A stretch of DNA of 64,000 nucleotides, taken from the IMG/VR virus record IMGVR_UViG_3300024252_000004, positions 248,001 through 312,000 of that record. The stretch is one strand, 5' to 3'. The notes beneath the pieces are model-generated. The model saw only the letters and a list, made by a program, of their open reading frames with translations. It was not told the origin of the DNA and did not search any database. Below, in pieces: positions 10,264 to 19,591 of the stretch. Both the position numbers and the translations under genes were made by a program. Each line of letters starts with the position of its first letter. Within the stretch, counting starts at the first letter, position 1.

Positions 10264-11019
10264 ATGAATAAAAATGATGCCAGAAAAATATTGAGACAAA
10301 AAAGATTTGAAAATGGTCTTTGCATTTATTGCGGTTCAAGCAACTATCTTAAAGGCAAAAAAGGCTGTCAAATATGTCTCAAGAAAAAAAGCGAAGCAAC
10401 GTCAAGATACTCTAAAAATAATCAGGAAAGAATTAAGCTTCGAAATAAGAGGCTTAGAAAAGAAGTTCTTGAAAAATATGGAGGCAGATGTGTTTGTTGC
10501 GATGAAGTTAAGTGGGAATTTCTAACTATTGACCACATCAATAATGATGGGAATATAGAACGAATTCAAAAATATGGTTCGCAAAGTGGTAGTAGTTTAA
10601 GTTTTTTTTATGAATTAAAGCGAAAACCAATAAGAAGCGATCTTCAAGTTTTATGTTACAACTGTAATAATGGGCGTCATGTTTTTGGCATCTGTCCTCA
10701 TAAGCTTGAGTCGATTGATTTTTCCAAGTTGGATTTAGATTTAAGAAAGGATTCAAAAAAAGATAGTGGCTGCAAAATAAGCTGGCCTGAATCTCACCAT
10801 TTGATTGAAACTATGAATCGCTTTGGATGCAAAAGAGTTGCGGAGGCATTAGGTGTCTCAATTCCTGCAATTTCTGGAAGGCTAAAGAGAAGAAATATGT
10901 ATCATCTTTATAATCGTAGTTGCGATAAAATTGTAGCTACAAAGGAAGAAATATTAAAATATATTGGTGAGACAAAGAATGAAACAGTATCCAAGTATCG
11001 CGGCGACAATTCGTCGTGA
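10264..11019 (+). mobile_element. HNH homing endonuclease with C-terminal HTH
   Basis: CVCC...LTIDHINNDG...LQVLCYNCN; KRVAEALGVSIPAISGRLK; AT-rich; overlaps the next gene by 41 nt. Confidence 0.85.
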
Positions 11020-11593
11020 CCAACCCTATTACGTATTCGACAAACTAGACGGTTCAAACATCAGAGTTAGATGGACAAAGAAGAAAGGCTTTGTCATGTT
11101 CGGAACACGAACCCAACTCATGGATGAATCAGATCCAATGTTCGGCCCGGCCAAAGGTCTTTTTCTTGAGAAGTATGGCGACGACCTTGATGAGATAATG
11201 AGAAAGGCTCGCATCGAACGTGCCCAATTCTATTATGAGTATTGGAGTCCTAACTCTTTCGGTGGCTATCATGCGGACGAACCTCACGAGGTTACTCTGT
11301 TTGATGTTGATATCTACAGAAAAGGACTGCTACCTCCTAAAGAATTTTTGAAGCTCGTAGGTCATCTTGATACAGCAAAGTTGTTGTACCATGGAAATAT
11401 TACCCAGGATTTGATTGAGAGCATACGCAACGGTACTTTGGAAGGGATGACCTTCGAGGGCGTTATCTGTAAGGCTAAGAGTCAGAAGAAAACACCGATG
11501 CCAGTAATGTTCAAGATCAAAAATGTGGCTTGGTACCTCAGATTGCATGGCGTATGTCAAGGCGACGAAGGATTGTATGAGGAGTTGAAATGA
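10979..11593 (+). CDS. RNA-ligase-like nucleotidyltransferase
   Basis: Motif I FDKLDGSN, TLFDV, motif IV FEGVICK, motif V FKIK. Confidence 0.7.
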   Translation: MKQYPSIAATIRRDQPYYVFDKLDGSNIRVRWTKKKGFVMFGTRTQLMDESDPMFGPAKGLFLEKYGDDLDEIMRKARIERAQFYYEYWSPNSFGGYHADEPHEVTLFDVDIYRKGLLPPKEFLKLVGHLDTAKLLYHGNITQDLIESIRNGTLEGMTFEGVICKAKSQKKTPMPVMFKIKNVAWYLRLHGVCQGDEGLYEELK

Positions 11594-12009
11594 ATACGTC
11601 ACCAACTGAAAACTCCAATGGAACTAAGCGTTGGCATGTAAATGGTAAGCTTCATCGGCTTGGTGGACCTGCTGTTGAGCACTCCAATGGAACTAAGTAT
11701 TGGTATGTAAATGGTAAGCGCCATCGGCTTGATGGACCTGCTGTTGAGTACGCCAATGGAACTAAGCATTGGTATGTGGAAGGCAAGCGTCATTGCATTG
11801 ATGGACCTGCTGTTGAGCTTTGCGATGGAGCTAACTATTGGTTTGCTGATGGTAAGCTTCATCGGCTTGACGGACCAGCCATTGAGTACGTCAATGGAAC
11901 TAAGCATTGGTTTGTTGATGGCGTGGAATACAGCTTAGCTGATTACCTTGATTTGGTTTCCGAGGAAGTCCTTGAGGACATCGTGTTAAACCACTTACCG
12001 GGGTTCTGA
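11590..12009 (+). CDS. 22-aa HRxDGPA repeat protein, paralogue 1
   Basis: Repeats of KLHRLDGPAVEYANGTKxWYVNG plus a shared C-terminus. Confidence 0.85.
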   Translation: MNTSPTENSNGTKRWHVNGKLHRLGGPAVEHSNGTKYWYVNGKRHRLDGPAVEYANGTKHWYVEGKRHCIDGPAVELCDGANYWFADGKLHRLDGPAIEYVNGTKHWFVDGVEYSLADYLDLVSEEVLEDIVLNHLPGF

Positions 12010-12010
12010 A

Positions 12011-12508
12011 ATGACTACTGAGAAACCCACTGTTATTGAAAACTCGAATGGATATAAGTGTTGGTACACAAATGGTAAGCTTCATCGGCTTGATGGACCT
12101 GCCGTTGAGCGTTTCAATGGAACTAAGCGTTGGTATGTTGATGGTAAGCTTCATCGGCTTGATGGCCCTGCCATTGAGCTATTCAATGGAGATAAGTATT
12201 GGTATGTTGATGGTAAGCTTCATCGGCTTGACGGACCTGCCATGGAGTACGCCAATGGATCTAAGTATTGGTTTATAGATGGTAAGCGTCATCGCCTTGA
12301 CGGACCTGCCATTGAGTACGCCAATGGGTCTAAGGAGTGGTATGTAAAAGGTAAGTTTCATCGGCTTGATGGCCCTGCCGTTGAGTACGCCAATGGAGAT
12401 AAGTTTTGGTATGTTGATGGCGTGGAATACAGTTTAGCTGATTACCTTGACTTGGTTTCTGAAGAAGTCCTTGAGGATATTGTATTAAACCATTTACCGG
12501 GGTTCTGA
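12011..12508 (+). CDS. 22-aa HRxDGPA repeat protein, paralogue 2
   Basis: Same repeat and C-terminus; longest member. Confidence 0.85.
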   Translation: MTTEKPTVIENSNGYKCWYTNGKLHRLDGPAVERFNGTKRWYVDGKLHRLDGPAIELFNGDKYWYVDGKLHRLDGPAMEYANGSKYWFIDGKRHRLDGPAIEYANGSKEWYVKGKFHRLDGPAVEYANGDKFWYVDGVEYSLADYLDLVSEEVLEDIVLNHLPGF

Positions 12509-12509
12509 A

Positions 12510-12800
12510 ATGGCTACTGATAAACCAACTGTTACTGAGCATTTAAATGGAGATAAGTATTGGTATGTGCATGATAAGCTTCATCGGTTTGATGGCCCTG
12601 CCGTTGAGCGCACCAATGGAAATAAACTTTGGTATGTAAATGGTAAGTGTCATCGCCTTGACGGACCTGCTGTTGAGTTCGCTGACGGAACTAAGTATTG
12701 GTATGTTGATGGCGTTCAGTACAGTTTAGCTGATTACCTTGATTTGGTTTCCGAGGAAGTCCTTGAAGACATCGTGTTAAACCATTTACCGGGGTTTTAA
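12510..12800 (+). CDS. 22-aa HRxDGPA repeat protein, paralogue 3
   Basis: Same repeat and C-terminus; shortest member. Confidence 0.85.
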   Translation: MATDKPTVTEHLNGDKYWYVHDKLHRFDGPAVERTNGNKLWYVNGKCHRLDGPAVEFADGTKYWYVDGVQYSLADYLDLVSEEVLEDIVLNHLPGF

Positions 12801-12801
12801 A

Positions 12802-13230
12802 ATGACTACTGATGAACCCACTGTTACTGAGTACGCCAATGGATCTAAGCGTTGGCATGTAAATGGTAAGCTTCATCGGCTTGATGGACCTGCCATTGAA
12901 TACGCCAATGGAACTAAGTATTGGTATAAAAATGGTAAGCTTCATCGGCTTAATGGACCTGCCATTGAATACGCCGATGGAACTAAACATTGGCATGTAA
13001 ATGGTAAGCTTCATCGGCTTGATGGACCAGCCATTGAGTCCGCCGATGGATCTAAGTATTGGTATAAAAATGGTAAGCTTCATCGGCTTAATGGACCTGC
13101 CATTGAATACGCCAATGGAAGTAAGCATTGGTATGCAAATGGCGTTCAGTACAGCTTAGCTGATTACCTTGATCTTGTTTCCGAGGATGTCCTTGAAGAC
13201 ATTGTATTAAACCATTTGCCGGGGTTCTGA
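12802..13230 (+). CDS. 22-aa HRxDGPA repeat protein, paralogue 4
   Basis: Same repeat and C-terminus. Confidence 0.85.
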   Translation: MTTDEPTVTEYANGSKRWHVNGKLHRLDGPAIEYANGTKYWYKNGKLHRLNGPAIEYADGTKHWHVNGKLHRLDGPAIESADGSKYWYKNGKLHRLNGPAIEYANGSKHWYANGVQYSLADYLDLVSEDVLEDIVLNHLPGF

Positions 13231-13231
13231 A

Positions 13232-13642
13232 ATGATAGTAATTTACACAGATGGTTCATGTAAACCAACTAATCCCGGGCCATGTAGCTCTGGTGTGGCG
13301 TTAGTAATTGACGGAGAAGTTGTAGAGTGCCGCTCCATGTTTCTTGGAGAGGGAACTAACAACGTCGGCGAGCTAACTGCTATTTCGATAGCATTAGATG
13401 TATTGGAGTCACGAAATCTTTCGTGGAAATCCAGTACAATTATAACAGATTCCAAGTACGCAATCGGTGTATTAACCGGCGGTTGGAAAGCGAAGAAGAA
13501 TGTTGAACTGATAAAAAATATCAAGGCAAAGCTTGAAAACTTTCCTAATACGGAACTCCAATGGATCAAGGGTCACAGTGGGGATAAGTTCAACGACTTG
13601 GTCGATGCTCTTGCTGGTCAAATCATCGATTCTAACGTCTAA
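13232..13642 (+). CDS. rnhA: Ribonuclease HI
   Basis: YTDGSC, TNNVGELTAI, ITDSKY, WIKGHSGDKFNDLVDALA. Confidence 0.93.
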   Translation: MIVIYTDGSCKPTNPGPCSSGVALVIDGEVVECRSMFLGEGTNNVGELTAISIALDVLESRNLSWKSSTIITDSKYAIGVLTGGWKAKKNVELIKNIKAKLENFPNTELQWIKGHSGDKFNDLVDALAGQIIDSNV

Positions 13643-13644
13643 GT

Positions 13645-13673
13645 TTTCTAAAATTCTCAGACGCTGTTATAGA
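13645..13673 (+). promoter_or_regulatory. Sigma70-type promoter, repeated family
   Basis: TTTCTA-N17-TATAGA with TGn. Confidence 0.55.
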
Positions 13674-13899
13674 AAGGTGGGCCTATAAAGAGGGAGAGCA
13701 TGGACCAATCAGATTTATATAGTACGACAGAAGAGCCTGCGAAATCGGAGCCGGACGAACCTTTTCCGATGTTGGTAGTGTTATCGATACCATTATGGTA
13801 TAGAGTACTTGAGATGATTCACAGGATGATTTAACTGTCTCCATCAGCGCCTATTGAAAAGATACTAATAAAGAAGTTCCTAACTGATAGGAGCTTAGA

Positions 13900-14505
13900 A
13901 TGTATTTTCATCTTGAAAGGCTTAGAGAAGCGTTAAAGAAAGCAGGCTTTAAGAGACAGGCATCAGCAGTTAACAGATTAAAATTGGCAGGCAATTGGGA
14001 TGAGCTATCAGAAGAAGAAAGGGGAAGGTTCGAGCAGAGCACAAGTCCTTATGATTTAATGATAGAGGATCCGGAAGAAACTTGGCAAAGAGAGGTTGGC
14101 GATAAATCTCCAGAGTCTGAGCGGGATTCTTTCAGATTCAGAAATAAGATGAAAAAGCGCCTTGTAAACAATCGTATGGATCAGTTGTTTTCTGAGCCAA
14201 ATTCTTTGCAGCAGAAAAAAATTGAAAAGTTCAAAGAGGCTGGTATCGAAGAAGATTATATTAGAGCCCTTTATGAGTTGTTCTATTTGTCTGCGGAGAA
14301 GGGTAGCAATATTTCAGATATCACAAAAGATATTGATGATGATGTTGAGATTTATCAAGTAAAATATTACACCACAGGTTTTGAAGAACCAGATACATTT
14401 ATGGCGTGGGAAGTAGGCGACAGTCACAAAGATAGTTTTTATGCTGTCAAAATTCCTGGTAAGGAATCTTCTAAAAAAGAGGGCTATCTCTACGGAGAAT
14501 GGTAA
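13900..14505 (+). CDS. Hypothetical acidic protein
   Basis: SD AGGAG; ORF track. Confidence 0.65.
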   Translation: MYFHLERLREALKKAGFKRQASAVNRLKLAGNWDELSEEERGRFEQSTSPYDLMIEDPEETWQREVGDKSPESERDSFRFRNKMKKRLVNNRMDQLFSEPNSLQQKKIEKFKEAGIEEDYIRALYELFYLSAEKGSNISDITKDIDDDVEIYQVKYYTTGFEEPDTFMAWEVGDSHKDSFYAVKIPGKESSKKEGYLYGEW

Positions 14506-14762
14506 AAATATACCACTGAGGTTTTAAATTGCTCAGAGGTTGAGCGGATTATTCATGAGATATTTAGCCTCAAATTTGTATTGAACTCAACACAGATGGC
14601 TTTTGCTAAAGCTGTCTTATATAAAAGAACCGGAATTAAAAACTTAGGAATTATTATGACTTAGACTTGTTATGAATTTACATAGAACTATGCTCGCGGT
14701 CCTCCGTTTGTGATTTGAATTAAATATACTTTCAGATCAAACAATACAAATGGAGAATTAAA

Positions 14763-15077
14763 ATGACAAACGAAATTAGAACTACATTCAAAAACAAAAT
14801 TGCTAACATCACTATCAGCCGACGCAAGAGTAAGACCGCGCTGAAGGACATTCACAGAGAGGGCGGACACTGGCAAGATATTCTAAACCTTCAAAGGGAG
14901 CCTTCCTATGTATCCCGTTGGGATGCAAGGCACACCATGCTTGCTTACGCAATGCTCAGGGGAACTCCTTACGAAAAGGTTGAAGCCTCTTGCAGAGAAG
15001 TTCCTTCATGGGGTCTTATCGAAACAATCTCTGGAAAGAGTGCCGATGAGATTGAAAGCTGGATCAGGGGCGAATGA
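14763..15077 (+). CDS. Hypothetical protein upstream of the PTH2-like gene
   Basis: SD GGAG; ATGA overlap with the next start. Confidence 0.7.
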   Translation: MTNEIRTTFKNKIANITISRRKSKTALKDIHREGGHWQDILNLQREPSYVSRWDARHTMLAYAMLRGTPYEKVEASCREVPSWGLIETISGKSADEIESWIRGE

Positions 15078-15451
15078 TGTTACTTGATAAAACTTAGACA
15101 CAGAACACTGATAAACTGTACGTGGTGACTCGAAAGGATCTGTTCCCTGGTGCTCAGATCGCACAGGCACTACATGCCTTCAGAGAGTTCATCGAAGAAT
15201 ACCCCTCCCTTGATCAGGAATGGTATAAGACATCCAATTACATTGCAATCCTTTCCGCTCCTGATGAAGGAGAGTTGGAGCGTCTGTCTCTCAGATTGAC
15301 GAAGAAAGGTATCAAGCATTCCTTATTCAGGGAGCCTGATTTTGACAATGAGTTGACGGCTATCGCCATTGAACCCGGCAGAGACTCGAAGAGAGCTTGT
15401 AGCTCATATCCTCTCGCCCTTAAAGAGTATTCTCTTCAGGGTATGAAATGA
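15074..15451 (+). CDS. PTH2-like peptidyl-tRNA hydrolase with an in-frame TAG at codon 8 (15095-15097)
   Basis: ATG ATG TTA CTT GAT AAA ACT TAG ACA CAG AAC ACT GAT AAA CTG TAC GTG GTG ACT CGA AAG GAT; KLYVVTRKDL..GAQIAQALHA...FREPD...TAIAIEP. Confidence 0.7.
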
Positions 15452-15993
15452 GCGCCTGTACTGTTTATGGCTGTGCCAGAGATAAAGTGTACGCATTGAT
15501 CAGGTCGGATGGAAAGTTGTCACGATTCAGCTTCTCTCGGTCTGTGCTTTCACATTGTGGAACTTTCCTTGATGATGGGTGGAGCATTAAGCATCTTCCA
15601 TTTGTTACAGGGGAAAAGTTGACGCCGGGCGGTTCATCCCGTTCTGGCGTTTACGCCATTGTGGCAGCCACCGGGTCTGCGGGTAAGACTCTTAGAGTTT
15701 GTTACTCGTCTGAAATGGCAGAAATGCTTTCTTACCCTGGGAATCGAGATGTTTACGAATTTTGGTTAACGGAGGATTGATGACTGTTAGAGCAGATGTC
15801 TGGTAGCGGCGGGAAAGTACTCGAAAGAGGAGAGGTTCTCGTAAAGACAAAGTGGCAACCATACGTTGTATGGGAGCGATATGGTGACGGGTGGAAGAGA
15901 TGCTTTGTGAATAACAAAGTAGATGGAAAGAAAGGCACCCGTCACTCTATGGCTTGGCTGAAGAAAAAAAGGAAAAATGGTGAAGTAAGATGA
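15448..15993 (+). CDS. Two hypothetical ORFs (15448-15780, 15796-15993)
   Basis: ORF track. Confidence 0.5.
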
Positions 15994-16298
15994 AGCTTGA
16001 TCATATCGCTGTTACTGTCCAGAATATTGAGTCCGGAGTCGAGTGGTACATGGGTCGATTTGATCTTCAGGTATTATATAAAGATGACTCATGGGCCATG
16101 CTCAAGGTAGCAGAGCCAGACATCAAGATAGCTTTGGTAATTGAGTCGCAGCATCCAAATCACATTGGAATTAGCTGCGACTCTTTGCCTTCTTTTGCAA
16201 AGGAAGGTAACTTTCATCGTGATGGTAGCGAGTATCATTACGATACAGATCCTTGGGGTAATACCTGGGAATGGGTTAAGTATCCTAAGGAGAAATGA
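15990..16298 (+). CDS. VOC/glyoxalase-fold protein
   Basis: LDHIAVTV, HPNHIGI, DPWGNTWE. Confidence 0.85.
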   Translation: MKLDHIAVTVQNIESGVEWYMGRFDLQVLYKDDSWAMLKVAEPDIKIALVIESQHPNHIGISCDSLPSFAKEGNFHRDGSEYHYDTDPWGNTWEWVKYPKEK

Positions 16299-16624
16299 TG
16301 AGAGTTGAAAGAAGGGGTCCATATCGCAAATTAGAATATCGTCGCAATTTTCAATGTAAAGATTGCGGTTCTGCTTTGTCTGAGTGGTCGAGTTGCCTTG
16401 TTCTTGAAAAGGGAGATAAGAGTAAAATTAGGTTTACTTGTCCTGTCTGCAAAGAGACGAACCGTATGGTTGCCACCAATCCATCTTCTTTTAGCAGAAC
16501 GGTTCCTTCACCGAAGCAAAAGAAATATGGCAAAGCCAGTATTCCATGGGAATTCGTTTTAGTTATGGTACCACTTGTTGTGCTTCTGGTACTTGGCGGA
16601 CTATTCGCAGTCAATTTCATCTGA
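16295..16624 (+). CDS. Zn-ribbon protein with C-terminal TM helix
   Basis: CKDC/CPVC and a hydrophobic tail. Confidence 0.55.
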   Translation: MMRVERRGPYRKLEYRRNFQCKDCGSALSEWSSCLVLEKGDKSKIRFTCPVCKETNRMVATNPSSFSRTVPSPKQKKYGKASIPWEFVLVMVPLVVLLVLGGLFAVNFI

Positions 16625-16659
16625 TCAGAATGACAAGATATTGGTGACACGAAGGAGTA

Positions 16660-17115
16660 TTGATGATTCGTGAATTTAAGGGGGATCTTTTGGCAAGCGA
16701 TTGCGATGTAGTTATTCATTGCTGCAATTGCTTTCATACAATGGGTTCTGGAATTGCAAGGGTAATAAAGAAAATGTATCCTGAAACGGCGCGTGCTGAT
16801 CATGAGACCAAGTTCGCCAGCAAAGATAAGCTCGGAACATTTTCGATGGCAGAGGTGGATGACGGGAGCAGAAAAGTTTTCAATGTGTACGGGCAGTATC
16901 GATATGGCGGCGGCGTGCGTAACGTGGATTATGATGCTCTCGAAACTGGTTTGACTAAGGTATACGAATACCTAAAAGATAATGATCTTCTCGACACAGT
17001 GAAGGTTGGAACATATCGGATTGGTTGCAACAGGGGCGGTGCAAGTTGGTCAGTAGTTGAGCCGATTCTGGAACGTTCTTTCCCTGATTGCGACGTTTAC
17101 GTTTACGAGTTATAG
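16660..17115 (+). CDS. Macro-domain (ADP-ribose processing) protein
   Basis: GDLL, HCCNCFHTMGSGIA, NVYGQY, IGCNRGGASW. Confidence 0.9.
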   Translation: MMIREFKGDLLASDCDVVIHCCNCFHTMGSGIARVIKKMYPETARADHETKFASKDKLGTFSMAEVDDGSRKVFNVYGQYRYGGGVRNVDYDALETGLTKVYEYLKDNDLLDTVKVGTYRIGCNRGGASWSVVEPILERSFPDCDVYVYEL

Positions 17116-17195
17116 TTTTCTCATAGCGGCCCTTTAAAAGGGAGCTATATGGAATTTTTATAGGAAACTCAGAAGACGTTATAGGGAGGTGAGAG

Positions 17196-17588
17196 GTGGC
17201 TGTTAAGCAAGTTTTGGTTGTCAGAAAAGACTTGAATATGGGGAAGGGTAAGATCGCGGCGCAATGCGCTCATGCTTCCCTTAAAGTCTTTTTCGATAAA
17301 GGTTCGCTACAGAAGATGAAAAGCAGCGTGATCTTTCGCGTCAAATTCTGGAGGGACGCAATCGAATGGTACAACGGTTCTTTTGCGAAAGTTGTTGTAT
17401 GTGTAAATAGCGAAGACGAATTGCTTGAGATATATCAGAGGGCATGTAACGCCAAGATTCCAAGCTCCCTAATTGTAGACGCTGGGAGAACAAAGTTTCA
17501 TGGCGTAGCAACCAAGACGGTTGTAGGAATTGGTCCTTTTAACTCAAGCGCAATAGACAGAATCACAGGAAACTTGAAGCTTCTGTGA
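17196..17588 (+). CDS. pth2: Peptidyl-tRNA hydrolase PTH2
   Basis: KQVLVVRKDLNMGKGKIAAQCAHAS, AKVVV, DAGRT, GIGP. Confidence 0.93.
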   Translation: MAVKQVLVVRKDLNMGKGKIAAQCAHASLKVFFDKGSLQKMKSSVIFRVKFWRDAIEWYNGSFAKVVVCVNSEDELLEIYQRACNAKIPSSLIVDAGRTKFHGVATKTVVGIGPFNSSAIDRITGNLKLL

Positions 17589-17599
17589 AGGAGTAGAAC

Positions 17600-17893
17600 A
17601 TGAGAGTCGAAGAAGCAAGAAAGAAATACCGGGCAGCGCATGGTGAAAACGAAAAAGCTTTGTTTTCCGTTTGCATCTCATACGCTAAGTCTAAGATTGA
17701 GTCAGCCATTGATAGTGGCAGCAAAAGTGCTCAGGTGGATTGTTCTTCCAAGGAGGCTCTCCTTCAGGCCCAAAAGCACTTCAGAAATCTTGGATACACC
17801 GTATCGAGAGTTGAATATGAGGATGGCAGCCCTGAAGAAGGAAACATGGCTGGTGCAAGTTACTACTACGTCACAGTGAGAGGTTGGGCTTAG
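17600..17893 (+). CDS. Hypothetical protein
   Basis: ORF track. Confidence 0.55.
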   Translation: MRVEEARKKYRAAHGENEKALFSVCISYAKSKIESAIDSGSKSAQVDCSSKEALLQAQKHFRNLGYTVSRVEYEDGSPEEGNMAGASYYYVTVRGWA

Positions 17894-17970
17894 TAGTTTT
17901 TGTTTGTGACCGACAAGTTCGGTATAAAAGAAATGGCGATAGAGCCAATAAAAATGATATGGAGTAGACC

Positions 17971-19050
17971 ATGGATAAGGTAAGAGTCGGAGTTGCCATT
18001 GGCAGCTTCCAGCCTATTACGGCACCACAGTTTGAGAGCGTTGTAGTCCCCGCAGTCGAAGAGAATGACATTACTGTTGTCATTCTCGGTTCGTCGTTTA
18101 AGCCGAGGACTCCGCGAAATCCATTTGATATGGGAATGCGAGAAGCAATGATCTCCGCGACGATCAAGGCTTATTTTAATTCTTCGGAGGTATACTTCGC
18201 TGGCGTTCGAGATTATCTTTACAACAACACACAGTGGCTCTGCGATGTGCAGTCTGCTGTTTCTGACGTTCTAAAGGAAATCGAAATTGCGCCAGAGAAT
18301 GCAGAGATTACTCTGTATGGTGCTGCACTTCGTGGAGACAAGAGTTTCTACCGTTCTTTTCCCAGGTGGAGAACCCAGGTTTTGCCACTTGAAGGCGGAG
18401 AGCTTGCGGACCTGAGAGTTAGAAACTTTATCTACGAAGAGATTCTTCGAATCAATGATGGAGACGAGCACCCCTTCAGGACAGATACTTGGAGAGAGGA
18501 AGTTCCAGGCCCAGCGATTGATCTTATCGAGTCTTGGATCTCGTCAGAGGTGGCTGGTTTGATTGTAGATGAAGATGCCTACATCAAGAACTATATCGCG
18601 GCAACTCAGACAGGAAGGTACTACAATATCCACCAGACAGTAGACAATGTAGTAATTCATAAGGGTCTGATTCTGCTTGGCATTAGAGGCGCTCGTCCTG
18701 GCAAGGGATCGTTGGCGCTACCCGGTGGTTTCCTTAAGCACGATCTCACGGCGGTTGCCGGAGCGATGAAGGAACTTAGAGAAGAGACTCGTCTGCGTCC
18801 GAATACTGGATGGCTTGTTGATAGTGACAGGTTTGATCATCCAGATAGAAGTGAACGCGGCAGAACGATTACAGAGGCTTTCCTCTGGCAGATTCCAGAT
18901 CATATTAACCTTCCGACTGTGAAGGGGAGTTCTGATCTGAAGAGGGCCGGATGGTATGAGCTTTCTGATGTAAAGAATAACCGGATTGGAGAACTGTTCG
19001 AGGATCATCTTGACATTATCGAGTCCATGACCGCAAGACTAAAAGGATAA
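17971..19050 (+). CDS. NadM-Nudix (NMN adenylyltransferase / ADP-ribose pyrophosphatase) with degenerate HxGH
   Basis: GSFQP, ILGSS, RNPF, DYLYN, TVDNVV, LALPGGF, ELREET, FDHPDRSERGRTIT, FEDH. Confidence 0.85.
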   Translation: MDKVRVGVAIGSFQPITAPQFESVVVPAVEENDITVVILGSSFKPRTPRNPFDMGMREAMISATIKAYFNSSEVYFAGVRDYLYNNTQWLCDVQSAVSDVLKEIEIAPENAEITLYGAALRGDKSFYRSFPRWRTQVLPLEGGELADLRVRNFIYEEILRINDGDEHPFRTDTWREEVPGPAIDLIESWISSEVAGLIVDEDAYIKNYIAATQTGRYYNIHQTVDNVVIHKGLILLGIRGARPGKGSLALPGGFLKHDLTAVAGAMKELREETRLRPNTGWLVDSDRFDHPDRSERGRTITEAFLWQIPDHINLPTVKGSSDLKRAGWYELSDVKNNRIGELFEDHLDIIESMTARLKG

Positions 19051-19097
19051 GTGATATTATGATTGTTTTCACTAACGCAATTAAGAATTCTTAAATA

Positions 19098-19123
19098 AGA
19101 AGATTGCTTCGGTAGTCTTCTTT
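19098..19123 (+). terminator. Intrinsic-terminator-like hairpin
   Basis: AGAAGATTGC-TTCG-GTAGTCTTCT-TT. Confidence 0.55.
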
Positions 19124-19147
19124 CACAAAGTATAGTGGGAAGACATA

Positions 19148-19552
19148 ATGAAAATAGAAATTAAAGACGGACAGAGAAAGGTAGTTGCAACAGGCGCGAA
19201 GAGTTTGAGAATTGTAGCTTCAGAAGAACATATTCAAAAGATGAGTAATGGATCTCTGAAGGCATATCGAACCAGAGTGCTGATGTATCACAAGTGGGTT
19301 AATGAATTCAAATTTCATTACCGAATTGACCGAGAATGTAACGCTGACAGTTTTCTTTACAAAGACAATAAAGAAGTATATGATACTATTTATTGGCTTC
19401 AAAAAGCAGTTAACCGTGAGTGGTATAGGAGAGACAGAGCAGCTTACGCTGCATGGTCGAAGGAGAAAGGCGTATCAGGCTTTTCTCCCCGTCACTGGTA
19501 TAAATCCGAGTATGCAGAGGCATACAAAACAATTAGAGCACCAAGCTCTTAA
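19148..19552 (+). CDS. Hypothetical protein
   Basis: ORF track. Confidence 0.6.
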   Translation: MKIEIKDGQRKVVATGAKSLRIVASEEHIQKMSNGSLKAYRTRVLMYHKWVNEFKFHYRIDRECNADSFLYKDNKEVYDTIYWLQKAVNREWYRRDRAAYAAWSKEKGVSGFSPRHWYKSEYAEAYKTIRAPSS

Positions 19553-19591
19553 CCGGGGATAGACCCCATTTAAAATAGAAAGGAGAAAACA

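Larger units (their letters stand above)
11590..13233. repeat. 66-bp tandem repeat units plus a ~90-bp C-terminal cassette repeated four times
   Basis: Recurring aatggtaagcttcatcggcttgatggacctgc; each gene ends tacag(c/t)ttagctgattaccttga...ccggggtt(c/t)t(g/a)aaatg. Confidence 0.95.

Noticed and set aside
11590-13230. CRISPR array or diversity-generating retroelement
   Set aside because: The repeats are in-frame coding units without unique spacers; there are no cas or reverse transcriptase genes in the window and no obvious adenine-only variation.
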